A stretch of DNA of 64,000 bases from an uncultured bacterium (GCA_903936565.1 CAIZVZ010000001.1:159905-223904), one strand, 5' to 3'. Numbered from the stretch's first letter, positions 8,911-19,359 are shown. Numbers and translations are program-made. Notes: generated by a model from the sequence alone, not told the origin.

Positions 8911-9585
8911 ATGAATAAAATAATAAATTCAGCTAAAACTTCAAAAAGTTTTATAATCACATTAGGTTTAATCACAGCAGCATTGTTTGTTGTAATATTT
9001 CCAGCAGTTACAAATGCAGATACTCTTTATCGTCAATTACAATTAGGGTCACGTGGAGCTGATGTTTCATCACTTCAATCTTTCCTAGCTGAAGATCCTA
9101 CAATTTATCCTCAGGGATTAGTTACAGGATATTTCGGTTCCCTAACAAAGTCAGCTGTTTCAAATTTCCAATCACGTAACGGCATTGCAACAGTAGGACG
9201 TGTTGGACCATCAACTCTTCCCGTTATAAATGAGCAGATGTTAAATGGATCAGATGCTGGAGCAAACATTTCTGCACCAATAATCACAAGTGCTGGTGTT
9301 AGTAATGTTAGTAAGAGTACAGCTACAATAAACTGGTATACAAATGAAAACGCAAAGGGAATCGTATACTATAGTACAAGTCCACTTAGTCTAGGCGAAC
9401 ATCTAAACTCAGTTGATGTATCTGGAAACACCGCAATGTTTGACACAAACTATCGTACAAATCAAACTGTTACTTTACAAAACCTACAACCAAACACAAC
9501 ATACTACTACCTAGCATATGTTACTGGTATCTCAGGAAGAGTAAGTATCACATGGCCTGCAACATTCACAACTTCAAACTACTAG
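8911..9585 (+). CDS. Secreted peptidoglycan-binding domain + FN3-like protein
   Basis: Signal peptide, LQLGSRGADVSSLQSFL..TGYFGSLTKSAV, C-terminal NLQPNTTYYY. Confidence 0.88.
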   Translation: MNKIINSAKTSKSFIITLGLITAALFVVIFPAVTNADTLYRQLQLGSRGADVSSLQSFLAEDPTIYPQGLVTGYFGSLTKSAVSNFQSRNGIATVGRVGPSTLPVINEQMLNGSDAGANISAPIITSAGVSNVSKSTATINWYTNENAKGIVYYSTSPLSLGEHLNSVDVSGNTAMFDTNYRTNQTVTLQNLQPNTTYYYLAYVTGISGRVSITWPATFTTSNY

Positions 9586-9669
9586 TTAGTTAAATAAATT
9601 AGACCCGCAAAGGTTGAAGTAAAATATAAGGCACAACTATATAACATTTAGTCAAATCTAAATCTTAAC

Positions 9670-9704
9670 AAAAAAACCGTCATACATCGTTTGGCGGTTT
9701 TTTT
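9670..9704 (+). terminator. Bidirectional terminator
   Basis: A-run, ccgtca/tggcgg stem, T-run. Confidence 0.65.
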
Positions 9705-9714
9705 GTGGTTGCCT

Positions 9715-9743
9715 TTGACACATTTAAGTACTCGTGTTAACAT
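9715..9743 (+). promoter_or_regulatory. Sigma70 promoter of the leader/MFS transcript
   Basis: TTGACA 9715-9720, 17 nt, TGt-TAACAT 9738-9743; ATG 6 nt later. Confidence 0.75.
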
Positions 9744-9749
9744 ATTTAT

Positions 9750-9881
9750 ATGACTCAATGTTATCAACAAATGAATATGCACGCCGCTACCCTTCCTTCA
9801 AAGAATGGGGCGATTTTTGTCGTCACATCAGATTGGAACAAAGCGCTTATATTCAGCCGTGATAATTTTAACTCAAACTAA
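9750..9881 (+). CDS. Putative 43-aa leader peptide
   Basis: MTQCYQQMNMHAATLPSKNGAIFVVTSDWNKALIFSRDNFNSN; leaderless start; overlaps the antiterminator strand. Confidence 0.6.
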   Translation: MTQCYQQMNMHAATLPSKNGAIFVVTSDWNKALIFSRDNFNSN

Positions 9882-9945
9882 TAGATACAAAATAACCCAA
9901 TTATTTTAGAACTATCTCGGCTGAGTAAAAGCCGAGATTTTTCTT
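9850..9945 (+). promoter_or_regulatory. Attenuator: antiterminator/terminator pair
   Basis: 9850-9867 pairs with 9910-9927, competing with the terminator atctcggct/agccgagat-TTTT (9914-9942). Confidence 0.7.
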
Positions 9946-10116
9946 GGATTATATTCAGCAACACCAAATAGTACCCTTAATGGGTCAGATGAAGCTCTAC
10001 GACCATGTTGAAAGCCGGCGCAACAGCTCCGACATACTCGACAGAATCACACAAAACAAGCGTGCACAAGCACGAAAACAAAGCACAAAAAAACAAAACA
10101 AATAGAAAAGACGAAC

Positions 10117-11334
10117 ATGAGAACACAAAGCATCGTTGCCTCGGATGGCGACCAAAATACCATCACACAGTATTTGACACTGATGTCGCTCACAAGCTTC
10201 GCAAGGGGTGTAATTGCGACAATCTACGTTCCATTCCTGCTGTCACACGGACTCAATCTGTTTGACGTAGGGCTGGTGAATTTCATCTTCTACTCCACCC
10301 TTTTTATCTGCGAGATTCCAACCGGAGCCTTTGCCGATATTTTTGGGAGGAAGTCGTCGTTTGTACTGTCTAGCTTTATCGCTTCAATCGGGGCGTTCAT
10401 GTACGCTTCGTCAACAACCTTCTGGGGCTTCGCGGCTTCAGAGGCAGTTCTGGCGATTGGTTCGACGTTCTCAAGCGGCGCGTTCAAAGCTTGGCTTGTA
10501 GACAAACTTCAACACCATGGGTACACGGGATCCTTAAGCAAGATCTTTTCCAAGTCGCAGGCTTTCGGTTTAATCGCCGGAATTATCGCAGCACTCATCG
10601 GGGCCCAAATATCAGACATCGACATTACGTTACCATTCGTCTGGCTGGGAATTATGTCTTTCATAACCGGAACAATCACATTGTTTTGGATCAAGGAAGA
10701 ATACTTCGTCAGGAAGAAATTCTCATTCAAGCTTGGACTCTTGGCAATGAAGGAAACCACAATGCAAAGCATTGAGTTTGGACTGAAAAATAAGGTGGTT
10801 CGATTCCTCCTAATAATCGGTCTGATTCAAATCTTCGCTGTTCAAGCACTAAACATGCAATGGACACCGTATTTCCTTGAGTACTTTCAGGATAAAAAAT
10901 TCTTGGGGTATCTCTGGGCCGGTATGATGCTTGGCCTGACGGCGGGATCATTTCTCGCCAGCAAGTTCTTGGCGCTTGTCAAAGACGAAAAGAAAGCGTT
11001 GATTATTTGTCAGATGTTGATTGGTGTTGGGACGGTGGTGGTAACACTTCTGCCGTTTCCATTAGGGATTACTCTTTTTATTCTTCATGAAATTCCAAGG
11101 GGGATGTTCGCTCCTCTGAAGGACAAGTTCCTTCAAGACAATATTCCCTCACACGCGCGAGCAACAATCAGTTCCTTTGAATCCATATCGCCCCATCTCG
11201 GTGGAATGTTTGGACTCATTGCGAGCGGGTATATTGCAAACAAGTTTGGAATTCCAGCTTCGTGGATAATGTCGGGGTCTCTCATGATCCTCTTCTCATT
11301 ACTCGTTGCGAGGAACGATTCGAAAAAGCAGTAG
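10117..11334 (+). CDS. MFS transporter (efflux-type)
   Basis: About 12 TM segments; EIPTGAFADIFGRK motif A; RATISS. Confidence 0.92.
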   Translation: MRTQSIVASDGDQNTITQYLTLMSLTSFARGVIATIYVPFLLSHGLNLFDVGLVNFIFYSTLFICEIPTGAFADIFGRKSSFVLSSFIASIGAFMYASSTTFWGFAASEAVLAIGSTFSSGAFKAWLVDKLQHHGYTGSLSKIFSKSQAFGLIAGIIAALIGAQISDIDITLPFVWLGIMSFITGTITLFWIKEEYFVRKKFSFKLGLLAMKETTMQSIEFGLKNKVVRFLLIIGLIQIFAVQALNMQWTPYFLEYFQDKKFLGYLWAGMMLGLTAGSFLASKFLALVKDEKKALIICQMLIGVGTVVVTLLPFPLGITLFILHEIPRGMFAPLKDKFLQDNIPSHARATISSFESISPHLGGMFGLIASGYIANKFGIPASWIMSGSLMILFSLLVARNDSKKQ

Positions 11335-11383
11335 TCAGATACAAAACAAAAATAGTCTAACTGGACGACGTTAAACTCCAGCC

Positions 11384-11412
11384 CCGCACAGCCACTTTGG
11401 TTGTGCGGTTTT
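11384..11412 (+). terminator. Terminator
   Basis: ccgcacagcc/ggttgtgcgg stem followed by TTTT. Confidence 0.7.
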
Positions 11413-11449
11413 ATTTGGGACTATGCTCAAAAAATGCTACTATACCCCA

Positions 11450-12706
11450 ATGGAAACTAATACTACATGGGATGTAATTGTTGTTGGTGGTGGACCAGCT
11501 GGAATGATTGCAGCGGGAAAGGCGGCAGAGAATGGTGCCCACGTTCTTCTTGTTGAAAAAAATGAATCCCTAGGAAAAAAGCTTTTAATTACAGGTGGCG
11601 GAAGATGCAATGTCACTAACTCAGAATTCGATATTAGAAAGTTTTTGGAAAGATTCAAAGATGACGGTAAATTTCTATTTTCCACTTTTTCACAGCACAG
11701 CAATAAAGATTCCTTGGATTTCTTCCACAAAAGAGGAATGGAGACTAAAGTTGAGAATGAATTACGCACCTTCCCTGTCTCTAATAGATCTCAATCAGTT
11801 TTAGATGTTCTAGTTCAGTATATGAGAGAAGGAGGAGTTGAAGTTCTTTCCAATTCTCCAGTTACGGGCATTGCAGTGGAAGATAAACAAGTGATGGGTG
11901 TCACATTAAAAGGCAAGAAGGTGTTACATGCCAAGAAAGTAATTATCGCCACAGGTGGTGCATCTGCACCACATACGGGATCAACAGGAGACGGTTTCGC
12001 TTGGCTTAAGGAAATTGGTCATACTATAATCACCCCTACCCCATCACTTGTTCCTATTGCGATAAAGGACAAATGGATTGAAAGCCTTGCTGGTATTAGT
12101 TTAACTGATATTAAAATTTCAGTATTTCAAAATAGTAAAAAACAATTCTTTAAGAAAGGTAAAATCCTTTTCACGCACGTTGGAGTAAGCGGGCCTACAA
12201 TATTAAATATGAGTAGGGACATCGGAGATCTTTTAAAATATGGACCAGTTACAATCTATCTTGATATTCTTCCATCAGAGGATAATGGAACTCTGAACAC
12301 CAAACTTCAAGAACTCTTCAAAGAGCATGATAAAAAGAAATTTAGAAACGCCATCACGAACCTTGTCCCAACCAAACTCGCTCCAATAATTGTTGACCTA
12401 TCATTGATTGACCCAGAAAAGGAATGTAACAGCGTCACACGCGAAGAGCGCATCCGACTCATAAATCTACTCAAAGGTATTCCAATGGAGGCAGATTGTC
12501 TATTGGGAGCTGATAAGGCAATTATAACAAGTGGCGGAGTCTTACTTGATGAAGTTGATTTTAAAACAATGTCCTCTCGCCTATTCCCCAACTTATATCT
12601 CGTGGGTGACATTCTTAATATAGACAGACCATCAGGTGGATTCAGCCTTCAATTATGTTGGTCAACGGGTTACGTTGCTGGAAAATCTGCATCAGAGTCT
12701 TTATAA
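11450..12706 (+). CDS. HI0933/BaiN-family NAD(P)/FAD-dependent oxidoreductase
   Basis: GGGPAG, GKKLLITGGGRCNVTN, LFTHxGVSGP, GGFSLQ. Confidence 0.93.
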   Translation: METNTTWDVIVVGGGPAGMIAAGKAAENGAHVLLVEKNESLGKKLLITGGGRCNVTNSEFDIRKFLERFKDDGKFLFSTFSQHSNKDSLDFFHKRGMETKVENELRTFPVSNRSQSVLDVLVQYMREGGVEVLSNSPVTGIAVEDKQVMGVTLKGKKVLHAKKVIIATGGASAPHTGSTGDGFAWLKEIGHTIITPTPSLVPIAIKDKWIESLAGISLTDIKISVFQNSKKQFFKKGKILFTHVGVSGPTILNMSRDIGDLLKYGPVTIYLDILPSEDNGTLNTKLQELFKEHDKKKFRNAITNLVPTKLAPIIVDLSLIDPEKECNSVTREERIRLINLLKGIPMEADCLLGADKAIITSGGVLLDEVDFKTMSSRLFPNLYLVGDILNIDRPSGGFSLQLCWSTGYVAGKSASESL

Positions 12707-12734
12707 AAGACACAATACCTATTTAGTATAAACT

Positions 12735-13793
12735 TTAAAAAATCTTTGCAAATATTTTAACTATAGGCGCTAACACATAGTCAAACAATCTCATCTTATA
12801 GGAGTGCACATCAAACAAAACAGAATCTCTTTTCCAACGGTCTATAATATTTGAAATTCTATTGATAGCAACTCTATTATTAAAGAAAATACCTATTTCG
12901 GAATTTAGTTCAAAAGATAAGAAGTCCAAATTGTTGGATCCGACAATCGCCTCCTTATAATCTATCATCATAATTTTTGCGTGATTCATTTGCGGTTCAA
13001 GGAAGAAATCAACTCCCAACCTAGAAAGCTTATTCATGAAGTGATAATTGACTCTGTCGACAAAATAATGATTTGTACACTCTGGTACTAGAATATGAAT
13101 ATGTACCCCTCGTAGCTGCGCTTGGTGCAATAATCCAATGAACCATCTTCTGGGCATAAAATACGGTGTAACAAGTGTGATGTTTTCTTTCGCCAAAAAG
13201 ATATGACTTGAATAAATCTTCTTGAATTTATAATTATTCTTCACTGGTGAATGCTCAATAAGCCAATCCCTTATCTTTCTCTTTTCTTTGCTATTTCTAT
13301 GTAATTTATTTTTTCTAATGCTTTTCAAAATAATTTCTGAATCTCTTCCCCCACATTCAATATAAGTTTTTGCAAAGGATCTTATTATTGAACCCACAAG
13401 CTTTCCACCCTTAACCCTAACCACCATATCATTCCAAAGGGATGAACTTTGATGAAAATTTACACCCCCAATGAATGCAATCTTACCGTCCACCACCAAT
13501 ATCTTTCGATGCGTCCTATGTAAAAAATAACTCAGGAATAATAATTCTGCGCCCGACTCTCTTATGTCAGCAATCGCCTTCTTACTTAAACCATAGCTGC
13601 CGAAGGAATCAAGAATAATCTTGACCTTAAGTCCCATTTGCGCCTTCTCTTTAATTAGACTCAGAAAATCAAACTCGAGCATATCATCTTGAAAAATATA
13701 GACCTCCAAATAGATAGATTCCTTTGCACCTGAAATCGCTTCATACATAGCCTGCCAAGTTTTTTGTGAATTAGCAAAGAATTTATAATGCAT
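12735..13793 (-). CDS. Phospholipase D / cardiolipin synthase-like
   Basis: Two HKD motifs (HRKILVVD, HAKIMMID); TPYF; GSNNLD. Confidence 0.9.
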   Translation of the reverse strand: MHYKFFANSQKTWQAMYEAISGAKESIYLEVYIFQDDMLEFDFLSLIKEKAQMGLKVKIILDSFGSYGLSKKAIADIRESGAELLFLSYFLHRTHRKILVVDGKIAFIGGVNFHQSSSLWNDMVVRVKGGKLVGSIIRSFAKTYIECGGRDSEIILKSIRKNKLHRNSKEKRKIRDWLIEHSPVKNNYKFKKIYSSHIFLAKENITLVTPYFMPRRWFIGLLHQAQLRGVHIHILVPECTNHYFVDRVNYHFMNKLSRLGVDFFLEPQMNHAKIMMIDYKEAIVGSNNLDFLSFELNSEIGIFFNNRVAINRISNIIDRWKRDSVLFDVHSYKMRLFDYVLAPIVKIFAKIF

Positions 13794-13855
13794 AATTATA
13801 TGTCTATTATACACCAAATTAATCTTATATAGTAAGTATGGTACAATGTATTTAT

Positions 13856-14257
13856 ATGAAAAAAGGATTTAAACAAAATATTGAGAGCGAAACGTTGGCA
13901 AATAATAGTTTTAGAAAAGTGCTTTATACTGGAGCACACATGCAATTGGTCTTAATGTCACTTAAGCCGAGTGAAGACATTGGAATGGAAACTCACACTG
14001 AAAATGATCAGTTCTTTAGATTTGAAAAAGGTAACGGAAAAGTGATTATTGGAGAGACAGAGTACGAGGTTACTGATGGTGACGCTATTGTTATACCATC
14101 AGGAACACAGCACAACATCATAAACACCTCCACTACTGACGAATTAAAGATGTATACAATCTACTCCCCAGCACACCACAAAGATGGTATCGAAAGAGCC
14201 ACAAAAGAAGAAGCAGAAAAAGACGGTCCTGAATTTGATGGTATATTAACTGAATAA
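13856..14257 (+). CDS. Cupin domain protein
   Basis: FRKVLYTG.HMQLVLMSL, ETH...DQFF, IPSGTQHNIIN. Confidence 0.9.
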   Translation: MKKGFKQNIESETLANNSFRKVLYTGAHMQLVLMSLKPSEDIGMETHTENDQFFRFEKGNGKVIIGETEYEVTDGDAIVIPSGTQHNIINTSTTDELKMYTIYSPAHHKDGIERATKEEAEKDGPEFDGILTE

Positions 14258-14282
14258 ATATTCACGAAACAAACGGAAAAAG

Positions 14283-15476
14283 ATGACTAGCGATAAACCA
14301 GTATACTTTAAAAACCTTGACGGTCTCAGATTTTTTGCTTTTTTAGCTGTCTTTATTTCGCACGCCGCGCTTTTTATTGGATACAACAGTACTGCTCCAT
14401 TTTGGCTTTTCGTCAAAAGATATATTTTGGTTAATGGTGATGTGGGTGTGTCATTCTTCTTTGTATTATCAGGTTTCCTTATTACTTATTTGCTTTTCAA
14501 AGAAAAAGACAATCACGGTAGAATTTCACTAAAGAACTTCTACGCCCGTAGAATACTAAGAATTTGGCCAGTGTACTTCATCACACTTATTGTTGGATTC
14601 TTTTTATTACCAATCATAGTGGGCCTATTCTCAGCTTCAGCGAGCAACCCATCCCTACTTTATAATGCTCCACCTTTTTCCGTCTTGCCATTCTATCTAT
14701 TCTTCTTAGCCAACTTCAGTCTCGCATTTCACGGCGGCGCGAGCGTCCCAACAGATGTTTTATGGTCCATATCAGTTGAAGAGCAATTCTATCTTGTCTG
14801 GCCCTGGATCATTGCATTCTTCCCAAGAAGGCATTTATTAAAATTCATCGGCGGAATAATATTGATTTCAACAATCTATAGATACTTCAATGCATCTTCT
14901 CTAAATGTAATTGCCTATTCAACCTTCTCCGTGATGTCAGATTTGGCAATAGGTTCTGCGTTGGCAATCTTCACTTATACAAAAAGTCACACAACAGAGA
15001 AGGTTCGATCATTTATTAGGTCAATCTCCGGAGCAAAAATACTTTGTGTTTACATATTCATGTTTGCGCTAGTATTCACCCGACACTTAATATTGGATGC
15101 ATTTAATCAAAGCGGTACCACAACTAGTATTATCTTCTACAATATATTTACTGCAATTATCCCACTACTACTCGCACTTACCTATGCATTTATAATATTT
15201 GAACAAAATGAATCGACAAAATCTCTATTCAAAATTGGTAAATTAAAGACGGTAACATTTCTTGGAAAAATCTCTTATGGACTCTATTCATATCATGTAT
15301 TTGCGTTCATAATTGTATTACTGGTAGCCTCTACGCTTGGATTTAGCATAGAATACACATCTCCAGTACAATGGATAATATTCGCTATACTATCTCTGTT
15401 GTCTGTCTTCATACTCGCTGTCATATCATATTACGGAATAGAGAGATGGTTCTTAAAAGCAAAGCCAAAAGACTAA
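14283..15476 (+). CDS. Acyltransferase family 3 (OafA-like)
   Basis: LDGLRF, FFVLSGFLIT, RRILRIWP, WSISVEEQFY, GKISYGLY. Confidence 0.93.
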   Translation: MTSDKPVYFKNLDGLRFFAFLAVFISHAALFIGYNSTAPFWLFVKRYILVNGDVGVSFFFVLSGFLITYLLFKEKDNHGRISLKNFYARRILRIWPVYFITLIVGFFLLPIIVGLFSASASNPSLLYNAPPFSVLPFYLFFLANFSLAFHGGASVPTDVLWSISVEEQFYLVWPWIIAFFPRRHLLKFIGGIILISTIYRYFNASSLNVIAYSTFSVMSDLAIGSALAIFTYTKSHTTEKVRSFIRSISGAKILCVYIFMFALVFTRHLILDAFNQSGTTTSIIFYNIFTAIIPLLLALTYAFIIFEQNESTKSLFKIGKLKTVTFLGKISYGLYSYHVFAFIIVLLVASTLGFSIEYTSPVQWIIFAILSLLSVFILAVISYYGIERWFLKAKPKD

Positions 15477-15512
15477 TAAGATAGTATAATAGTTAGGTAA
15501 CATATTTGAATT

Positions 15513-16199
15513 ATGAAAGTTTCAATAATCATCCCAGCGTTTAATGAAGAGTCCTCGATTATGGAGACTCTTGAAGCTGTATTTAAACAAGATTACTCTG
15601 ATTTTGAAGTGATTGTAGTGGATAACAATTGCACCGACAAAACAGCTGAAATAGCAAAGAACATGGGGGCAACAGTTGTATATGAGATGCGAAAAGGAAC
15701 TCAGTGGGCCCGAGAATGCGGTAGAAAGGTAGCAACTGGTGAAATCATAGCAAACCTCGATGCTGATTGCCTACCTACCCCAGACTGGCTAGAACGTGGT
15801 ATTAAACATTTTATAAATAAAAAAGTTGTTGCAGTTGGTGGACCTTATGATTATTATGATGGACGATGGACTTTTAGAATATTCTCACTATTATTCCAAA
15901 AGTACATCTATTCCCTATTCAATTTTTTAATGCAGAAATTAGATAAAGGAGCCGTACTTATTGGTGGAAATGTTTTACTGCGAGCAGAAACACTTTCCAA
16001 GATTGGCGGATACAATACAGACATAACTTTCTACGGAGACGATACAGACACAGCAAAACGAATGTCTAAGGAGGGATTGGTAGTATTTGATACAAAACTT
16101 ATTGTCAAAACTTCAGCAAGAAGACTCAAGTCTCAAGGTTCATTTAAAATATCAATAATTTATATATATCACTTTTTTAAAGTTATACTGTCGCGTTAA
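15513..16199 (+). CDS. Glycosyltransferase family 2
   Basis: SIIIPAFNEE, VVDNNCTD, LDAD, TSARR. Confidence 0.92.
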   Translation: MKVSIIIPAFNEESSIMETLEAVFKQDYSDFEVIVVDNNCTDKTAEIAKNMGATVVYEMRKGTQWARECGRKVATGEIIANLDADCLPTPDWLERGIKHFINKKVVAVGGPYDYYDGRWTFRIFSLLFQKYIYSLFNFLMQKLDKGAVLIGGNVLLRAETLSKIGGYNTDITFYGDDTDTAKRMSKEGLVVFDTKLIVKTSARRLKSQGSFKISIIYIYHFFKVILSR

Positions 16200-16218
16200 A
16201 TCAATATTCGATAATTTT

Positions 16219-16833
16219 ATGATCAAAATACTTAAGTACAATCAAAATAAAAGCGCTTATTACTCGACAATCTGCAAAGTTCTTATTGGACTTATACTCA
16301 CAGCTTTTATTGTTGTCCTAGTCACTGCAGCAGCCATTGTGTTTGACGGCTTAAATGATGAGGTCCAGAAAAGTGACATGATAGTAATATTGGGAAACAG
16401 AGTAGAACCAGATGGGAACCCGTCAGCTAGGCTTAAAAGCAGGCTTGATAAGGGCATCGAACTTTATCAACAAAATACATCCCCACTTATTTTGGTAAGC
16501 GGAGGAATTGGAATCGAGGGATTTGATGAATCCATAGTGATGAAGGATTACTTAATTAAGCACGGAATTCCAAATGAAAATATAATACCTGATGGTAAGG
16601 GCATAGACAGCTTTAATACCGCTAGGAATTCAAAAATAATAATGGACCAGAAAAATATTTCGACAGTATTGGTAGTCAGTAATTATTATCACATCTCCAG
16701 AACACGATTGGCACTAAATAAATTTGGTGCTAAAAAAGTATATTCTGCACATGCTAATTATTTTGAATTGAGAGATATTTACTCAATCGCTAGAGAAGTT
16801 GTCGGATATTATTACTATTATTTTATTAAATAA
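16219..16833 (+). CDS. YdcF/SanA/ElyC (DUF218) family protein
   Basis: IVILG, RLDKG, VSGG, SNYYH.SR, RE motifs. Confidence 0.88.
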   Translation: MIKILKYNQNKSAYYSTICKVLIGLILTAFIVVLVTAAAIVFDGLNDEVQKSDMIVILGNRVEPDGNPSARLKSRLDKGIELYQQNTSPLILVSGGIGIEGFDESIVMKDYLIKHGIPNENIIPDGKGIDSFNTARNSKIIMDQKNISTVLVVSNYYHISRTRLALNKFGAKKVYSAHANYFELRDIYSIAREVVGYYYYYFIK

Positions 16834-16898
16834 TAAGTTAGCATTACTTCAGTTTTTCAAAGTTGTTTTGTCGCGCTAGGGTGTGATAATATAAACAC

Positions 16899-17360
16899 AT
16901 GACAAAAATCCAAAAAATGCCATTTGCAGAATTCAAGAAAGTTTATACTAAGGTTCCCAAGTTATCAGTTGAAGTAATCATACTAGAAGGTGATAAAATA
17001 CTACTCACAAGAAGGGCTATAGCACCTGCTATCGGACTTTGGCACACACCAGGCGGTACCGTTTTGAAGGGTGAAAAGATACAGGATACAGCCAAGAGGG
17101 TTGCAAAAGAAGAGATTGGTTTGACAATAGATGTTATTAAATTACTAGGCTATATAGAATATAGTAATTACGAAAATGAATATGAAAAAGGTGTTGCTCT
17201 AGCTTTGCTTGTAGCACCCAAAGGTAACAAAAAGATTGTTTTGGATGCACAGTCAGATAAATACGATTACTTTTCTGAACTTCCAAAAAATACTCTCAGG
17301 GTACAGAGGGATTTTTTTGAACAAAACTTAGGATTAAAGGTTTCTGTTAAAAAGTATTAA
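16899..17360 (+). CDS. NUDIX hydrolase
   Basis: WHTPGGTVLKGE...AKRVAKEEIG. Confidence 0.9.
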   Translation: MTKIQKMPFAEFKKVYTKVPKLSVEVIILEGDKILLTRRAIAPAIGLWHTPGGTVLKGEKIQDTAKRVAKEEIGLTIDVIKLLGYIEYSNYENEYEKGVALALLVAPKGNKKIVLDAQSDKYDYFSELPKNTLRVQRDFFEQNLGLKVSVKKY

Positions 17361-17375
17361 AATATTAATAGAAAA

Positions 17376-17630
17376 TTACTGCTGTTCAATAGCCCTACGA
17401 TTATCCTGTTCAATTAAGTTTTTTGCTGCTTTTGCTTGATCAATCGCACTCTTGCTTGTATCAATGATATTTTGACCATTCTCTTTTCCAATGAACGCAC
17501 CAGTTTTCAGAATGAAAAAACCAATAATCAAGACCGTTAGCAACATTGCAACTATCCCAATAAAACCATCTTTGTATCGCGGCTTGTTTGTACCTTTATT
17601 TTTTAGCTGTTTTAATAGGTTTTGATTCAT
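17376..17630 (-). CDS. Small membrane protein with a prepilin-like GF-hydrophobic segment
   Basis: KDGFIGIVAMLLTVLII. Confidence 0.6.
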   Translation of the reverse strand: MNQNLLKQLKNKGTNKPRYKDGFIGIVAMLLTVLIIGFFILKTGAFIGKENGQNIIDTSKSAIDQAKAAKNLIEQDNRRAIEQQ

Positions 17631-17961
17631 GTTGTTTGTCTTTATATTTTGCTAATATTCTACCAGAGACAAGATTGAATGATTTGGTGACGTCCACTTC
17701 TAGCTGATTAGCCAACCGGCACAAACCAAAAAATAAATCACCAATTCCATCCTCGAAAGAATCCCTGTCTCCCTTAATAATCAACTTCATTTCTGAAGAG
17801 CTTTTATATCTAAGTAATCGGGACATCTCTGATAACTCCTCATGTAAGTGATCGAACTTATCAATATTTGGCTCATCTGACCATTTATTACCTTTAGCAA
17901 AGTTCTTAACAAGCGCTTGAGCTTCGGATATCTTTGTAACTTTTGAGGGTGTCTTTTTCAT
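17596..17961 (-). CDS. MazG-like NTP pyrophosphohydrolase
   Basis: HLHEELSE, DGIGDLFF..RLAN...D. Confidence 0.8.
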   Translation of the reverse strand: MKKTPSKVTKISEAQALVKNFAKGNKWSDEPNIDKFDHLHEELSEMSRLLRYKSSSEMKLIIKGDRDSFEDGIGDLFFGLCRLANQLEVDVTKSFNLVSGRILAKYKDKQHESKPIKTAKK

Positions 17962-17973
17962 ATTTGAATTTAT

Positions 17974-18399
17974 TTATTTTACTCTATCAAAATCTTCCGA
18001 AATTTGATCCATTTCTTCTTCAGTCATAACAGATCTTTCCTGACCGGCATGATCTAAATCTCCAATGACAACAGCTGGAACAATGTGATAATGAAGATGA
18101 GGTACACTTTTTCCAACTGCTTTTCCGTTTCTCAATACGATTGTGTAATCCGTATACCCCAGCTTTATAAGCATCTCGACACCCTTGTGGAGCAAAGTAT
18201 CAACTGACTTAGATTCTACTTCATTCAAATCTTTAAACACTTCGATGTGCCTTTTGGTCACCACCATTAAGTGATGCTTGTGATATGGAGCAATGGAGTA
18301 CGTTAATGATGCACTATCATCCTCAAGGATAATCCTATTTTTCGACATATCACAAAACGGACATGTGGTAACTGTCTTCAAAAAGTCTGTATATAGCAT
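17974..18399 (-). CDS. HIT family hydrolase
   Basis: CPFC and HLHYH. Confidence 0.92.
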   Translation of the reverse strand: MLYTDFLKTVTTCPFCDMSKNRIILEDDSASLTYSIAPYHKHHLMVVTKRHIEVFKDLNEVESKSVDTLLHKGVEMLIKLGYTDYTIVLRNGKAVGKSVPHLHYHIVPAVVIGDLDHAGQERSVMTEEEMDQISEDFDRVK

Positions 18400-18465
18400 A
18401 TATTAGATTATATCAAAATATATTAATACCGTCGCCTAATACCTACGTCTCTAATCTTTATATTA

Positions 18466-18732
18466 CTACTTAACGTTTTCCAGGGTTTTGTACAGAGTAC
18501 CTGTAAACAATAGGGCGATAACCCCTATAAGGATTAAAACCGCAGGATGTTCTTCAAATAAACCGATTTGTTCTACCCACATATCAAAGCCCCGAAGAAT
18601 TGCCGCGAAGCTAAATACAGACAAAAAGGAAAACAACAGTGGGTAGCGTTTTAAAACAGGCTTTGTATATTTACCAGCTCCATCATGTACTCCCTTAACC
18701 ATATCCTCAGCCTTTTTGATTGGGTCTTTCAT
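18466..18732 (-). CDS. Small membrane protein
   Basis: Two hydrophobic helices; LFTGTLY tail. Confidence 0.7.
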   Translation of the reverse strand: MKDPIKKAEDMVKGVHDGAGKYTKPVLKRYPLLFSFLSVFSFAAILRGFDMWVEQIGLFEEHPAVLILIGVIALLFTGTLYKTLENVK

Positions 18733-18747
18733 TTTAGTATTTTTGTT

Positions 18748-19353
18748 TTAATTAATTATATATTTATCAGAATCAAGTATAACAAGTGCCTGTTCATCTG
18801 TTAATTCTTGCACTGTGTAATTTACCTTTTTCTTAAATTCTTCAATTTCCTCTTTTTGGCTATAAATATCAAAATGAGGAGAAACCGCTATATTCGTAAA
18901 TCCAAAACCTATGAGATCTTCTAATCCTATTTCATTTTCGTCTCCACCAGTCCCCCAGCCCGCTATCTCAATGCTTGGCCCTGCAATTATACTACCAGCA
19001 GAAACTCCCACATAAATCGCACCTCGAGCTACTTCTGATTTTATAAATTCATCGATTCTTACTTCTCTCATCTTGTTCAGAATTGAAAAGGTATTTCCTC
19101 CGCAAACATACATGACATCAAAATTTGGTAATTCATTTATTTCAAATGAATCTTGCATATTGAGACTCGTGGTATTAATTCCCAAATTTTGAACCTGCTT
19201 TTTGGATTCTTCAATGTAGAATTCTTCTATTTCATTTTGACCATACGCAATTACAAGCGCACACGTTTTTTCAGGTACGCCATTCAGAATCTTTAAAAAT
19301 CCTTCGATGATTTTAGGACTTGATAGTCCGGTTGAGGTGAGGAATAATTTCAT
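18748..19353 (-). CDS. Peptidase S51 (dipeptidase E-like)
   Basis: MKLFLTSTG, GGNTF, GVSAG, PH. Confidence 0.9.
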   Translation of the reverse strand: MKLFLTSTGLSSPKIIEGFLKILNGVPEKTCALVIAYGQNEIEEFYIEESKKQVQNLGINTTSLNMQDSFEINELPNFDVMYVCGGNTFSILNKMREVRIDEFIKSEVARGAIYVGVSAGSIIAGPSIEIAGWGTGGDENEIGLEDLIGFGFTNIAVSPHFDIYSQKEEIEEFKKKVNYTVQELTDEQALVILDSDKYIIN

Positions 19354-19359
19354 AAATAA

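Noticed and set aside
9950-10265. Tracked ORF 10005-10265 and a possible riboswitch after the attenuator
   Set aside because: The ORF is read from an A/C-rich UTR and overlaps the MFS gene out of frame; small hairpins match no riboswitch consensus I recognise.
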